Assembly: GCA_964450135.1 (NCBI GenBank)
Contig: CAYVCF010000002.1
Coordinates: 1 to 34,543 of the forward strand
Direction: 5' to 3'
Origin: Candidatus Woesearchaeota archaeon
Lineage (GTDB): Archaea > Nanobdellota > Nanobdellia > Pacearchaeales > GW2011-AR1
DNA: 34,543 bases
Shown here: in pieces, positions 30,801-33,800 of the stretch
Layout of the letters: every line of letters begins with the position of its first letter
Numbering within the stretch: position 1 is the stretch's first letter
Notes under the pieces: model-generated
Databases searched by the model: none
What the model was told of the DNA's origin: nothing
What the model saw: only the letters and a program-made list of their open reading frames with translations
Program-made: the position numbers and the translations under genes

Positions 30801-33800
30801 CCAAATTGTCGACGAGAAAGTCCAGTTTTGATTATTTCCAGAATTCACGCTTTGATATGCAATTAAATTTGAAACACCAGCAGAATTATTTGAATCCATA
30901 ATATCTGCTCTATCTATATCCATCCAAGAACCAGAAAAATTTATGAACCACTGAGTTGCATCAACCTGACTTCTAAGATAAGTTGGATGAGTAGAATTTC
31001 CCTTAACTGCAAGCCCCCCTGTAATATTAAAATTAACTTTTGTTTTGTTCCCGCCTTTTTCAAAAAATAAAGTTGCTCCTGGTTTTGTAATATTCAAATT
31101 ATAAAAAGAAGAATTCCCATAGATTGTTGCGTTTGAAGTTCCTGCGAAAATAATTGTTGAATTTACTCCTGCAGTAAAAGTTCCATTTGAAATATTTAGA
31201 TCTCCATAAATTGTTAAAGTTGGAAATATTCCGAGAGAGGAATTAAATGCACTCACATTTAGGATTCCACTATTTCTAATTATTACGTCTCCGACAAGCG
31301 TGTCGGTTACGTTTTCTGAGATAAGGGTTGTAGCTGTTGTACTTGTCAATTGATTATCTATAATTAATTTTCCATAAGTGTCTGTGGATTTTTTTAAGTA
31401 AATTGTGCCAGCAGCACCTTCGTCAGTAGCTGTGCCTCCATAAGCAGTTATATTTAAACTTCCAAAACTTACTCCATTAGCTAAAACAATCGCTATTCTT
31501 CCGCCACCGCCACCACCACTACCGCTCGGATAATCTAAAGCTCTTCCTCCAGTAGATTCTATTTTTCCATTTCCGTTTATAACATTCGCAAGAATAAATA
31601 CTGAACCGCCGGAACCTGCACCATAACCATTAGAACCCCCGAGGTTACCATTTGTTTCGATAATTCCATCAAGGGTAACATTTCCTGTAACATTCAACCA
31701 TACTGCTCCTCCCCCATAAAGAGGATAACTTGCGGGCGAACCACTTCCCAAATTTGTTGGACTTTTAACAGAACCATAAGTAGTACCTGCTGTTCCTCCA
31801 TTTCCTTGTCCGCCCATTCCTCCATATCCACTTCCACTTCCCCAACCAGCAGCACCTCCTATAAGTCCAGCTTTACCCGGCCCATATCCGCCGTCATACC
31901 CCAACCCAGTAACATTAATCATTCCCCCACTTTCCAAAGTAAAATTACCCCCAACAATCATATTTAATCTATATGTTTCTGCATTACTATTATCTCCGTG
32001 CGTTAAAGTCCCGTTAGAAACAATCACATTTTCTGTCACATTCAAAGAATTATTCCACGCAAGTCTAGATTCAATTGTTCCACTATAGCCGATTGAAACA
32101 TTTAAAGAATAAATTGCACCTGCAAAAGTTGAATTAATTATTGAATTATTTAAATTACCCTCGTCAAAGACAACTGCAGTTGTCTCGTTTGGAATTCCAA
32201 TTCCTCCTGCTCCTCCTGAAGTCGCAGACCAAGAACTTGCATCTGTCCAGTTTCCGTTGTTCAAACCAACCCAATAATAAGTTGCAATCGCAGAATTTAA
32301 AGTATAAGTCACAATCAGTGTCGGAGAATAACTTAAATTTTCTGATGTGTCAAAATACATATTTGGCGGAGTTCCCAAACCACAGCTCATATTTGTGGGA
32401 ATTCCAATGCCGGCCCAACCGCTTGATGAATTAAATATTGAAGTCTGTGTTGCGTTTGTTCCCAAATTAATTAATTTAAAGCCAGCTGTCTGACAAAAAT
32501 CAGAATTGCTTACAAAATTAGTTCCGTTTCCTATATCTGTCCATAAGTCATCTGCATCAGTTGAAGAATTTGAAATTTCCAAACTCCAAATATCACAGCT
32601 TGTAGCAGAACTCACAGAATCAACTGAAATATTTAAAGTAACATTTGTTATAGTCACCCCTGCTGGAATTGAAGAAATATTGAAATAATAATATGCGCTT
32701 TTTGGTGTTCCAGGAGAGCCCCCAAGTCGCCCTGTCATTGCTGTGCTTCCTGTTTTAGAAGTTGTGTTAGCAGAACAAGATGAAGTTTTCTGGGATTCTC
32801 CGTCGTCAAAAATAGAAGATATTGAAGTTGTAATAGATAAAGGGTCCACAACATAATCGTATTCTACATTTCCAAAAGAACGCAAATCAAAAGTTGATTG
32901 AGAATAATTATTTGAATTTCCTGACCAAACTCCGCAGTTTCCGTCGTCAGATTCATATTCAAAAATTTCTCCTGAAATATTTAAAGAACAAAAATTGTTT
33001 TTTGAATCTGTTACGCTGGAAGTGAAAGTTTTGACTTCACTATCTTGATTATTATTTTGAAGATCAAGGCTTGAGTTAGGAATTGGACAAGAAACATTTA
33101 AATATTTCGTATTATTAGAAATATTACAATCCGGTATCAACTTATTGCGGGCTATTCTGTTTGAGCCCACTTTGTTTTTTTGTTTTTCTAAATTATTTTC
33201 TTTTAACTCATTTTCCAAATTTTCGTCGCCAAAATTTTCTTCTAAATTATTTTTCTCCCTTCTCACAAGAATAATATCATTTTCAACATCAACGTCGTAA
33301 ATTTTTCCAGAATAATTTTCTTTTGAAATTGAAATTACTTTCACTGGTTTGTTTTCCGAGTTTAAGAAATAAATTTCTTTTCCATTTTCAAAATCAGAAT
33401 AAACTTCTGCAATTGGTTGAAGAGAGAAATTAAATGTAGTGGCGCCGTAGCCGAGAATCGAACTCGGAATTCCGGTGAAGGAACCTTGTTTATCAGACAA
33501 GTGCCTTACCATTAGGTCTACTACGGCATCCACTACAAAATCATTATTTGTAGAAAAGTTTATATAGTTATTGTCATTCAAATAATTATATCCGGTGAAG
33601 GAATGTTCATCAGATTGGAGTCTTACCATTAGGGCTAACTTATCACTAGTCCATTTATTTTTTTCTGCAGAATAAACTTTATGTTTTTCGCTCACAACTA
33701 AATTTCCTTCTTCAGTTTCAATCACAAACATTTCTCCGTCATAATCAAAAATTTGTTTTTCAGTTGGAATTTGAAATTCTATTTCTCCAGTTTTTTGATT

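Noticed and set aside
24257-33527. tRNA-like sequences as ordinary host tRNA-Ile genes that merely overlap a spurious ORF
   Set aside because: The 21-kb frame is far too long to be chance at this GC content. The tRNA-likes sit precisely within intein loops, and their long variable arms and G73 are not those of tRNA-Ile. The reverse idea, that they are only peptide-coding, is disfavoured by compensatory stem changes.
27700-33560. Hypothesis that tRNA punctuation cuts the mRNA at the endonuclease slot so the protein is assembled by split-intein trans-splicing
   Set aside because: It is attractive because the slot is where natural split inteins break. However, there is no conserved in-frame start codon or RBS downstream of the tRNA-likes (only intein 2 has an incidental Met). 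I keep it as speculation only.
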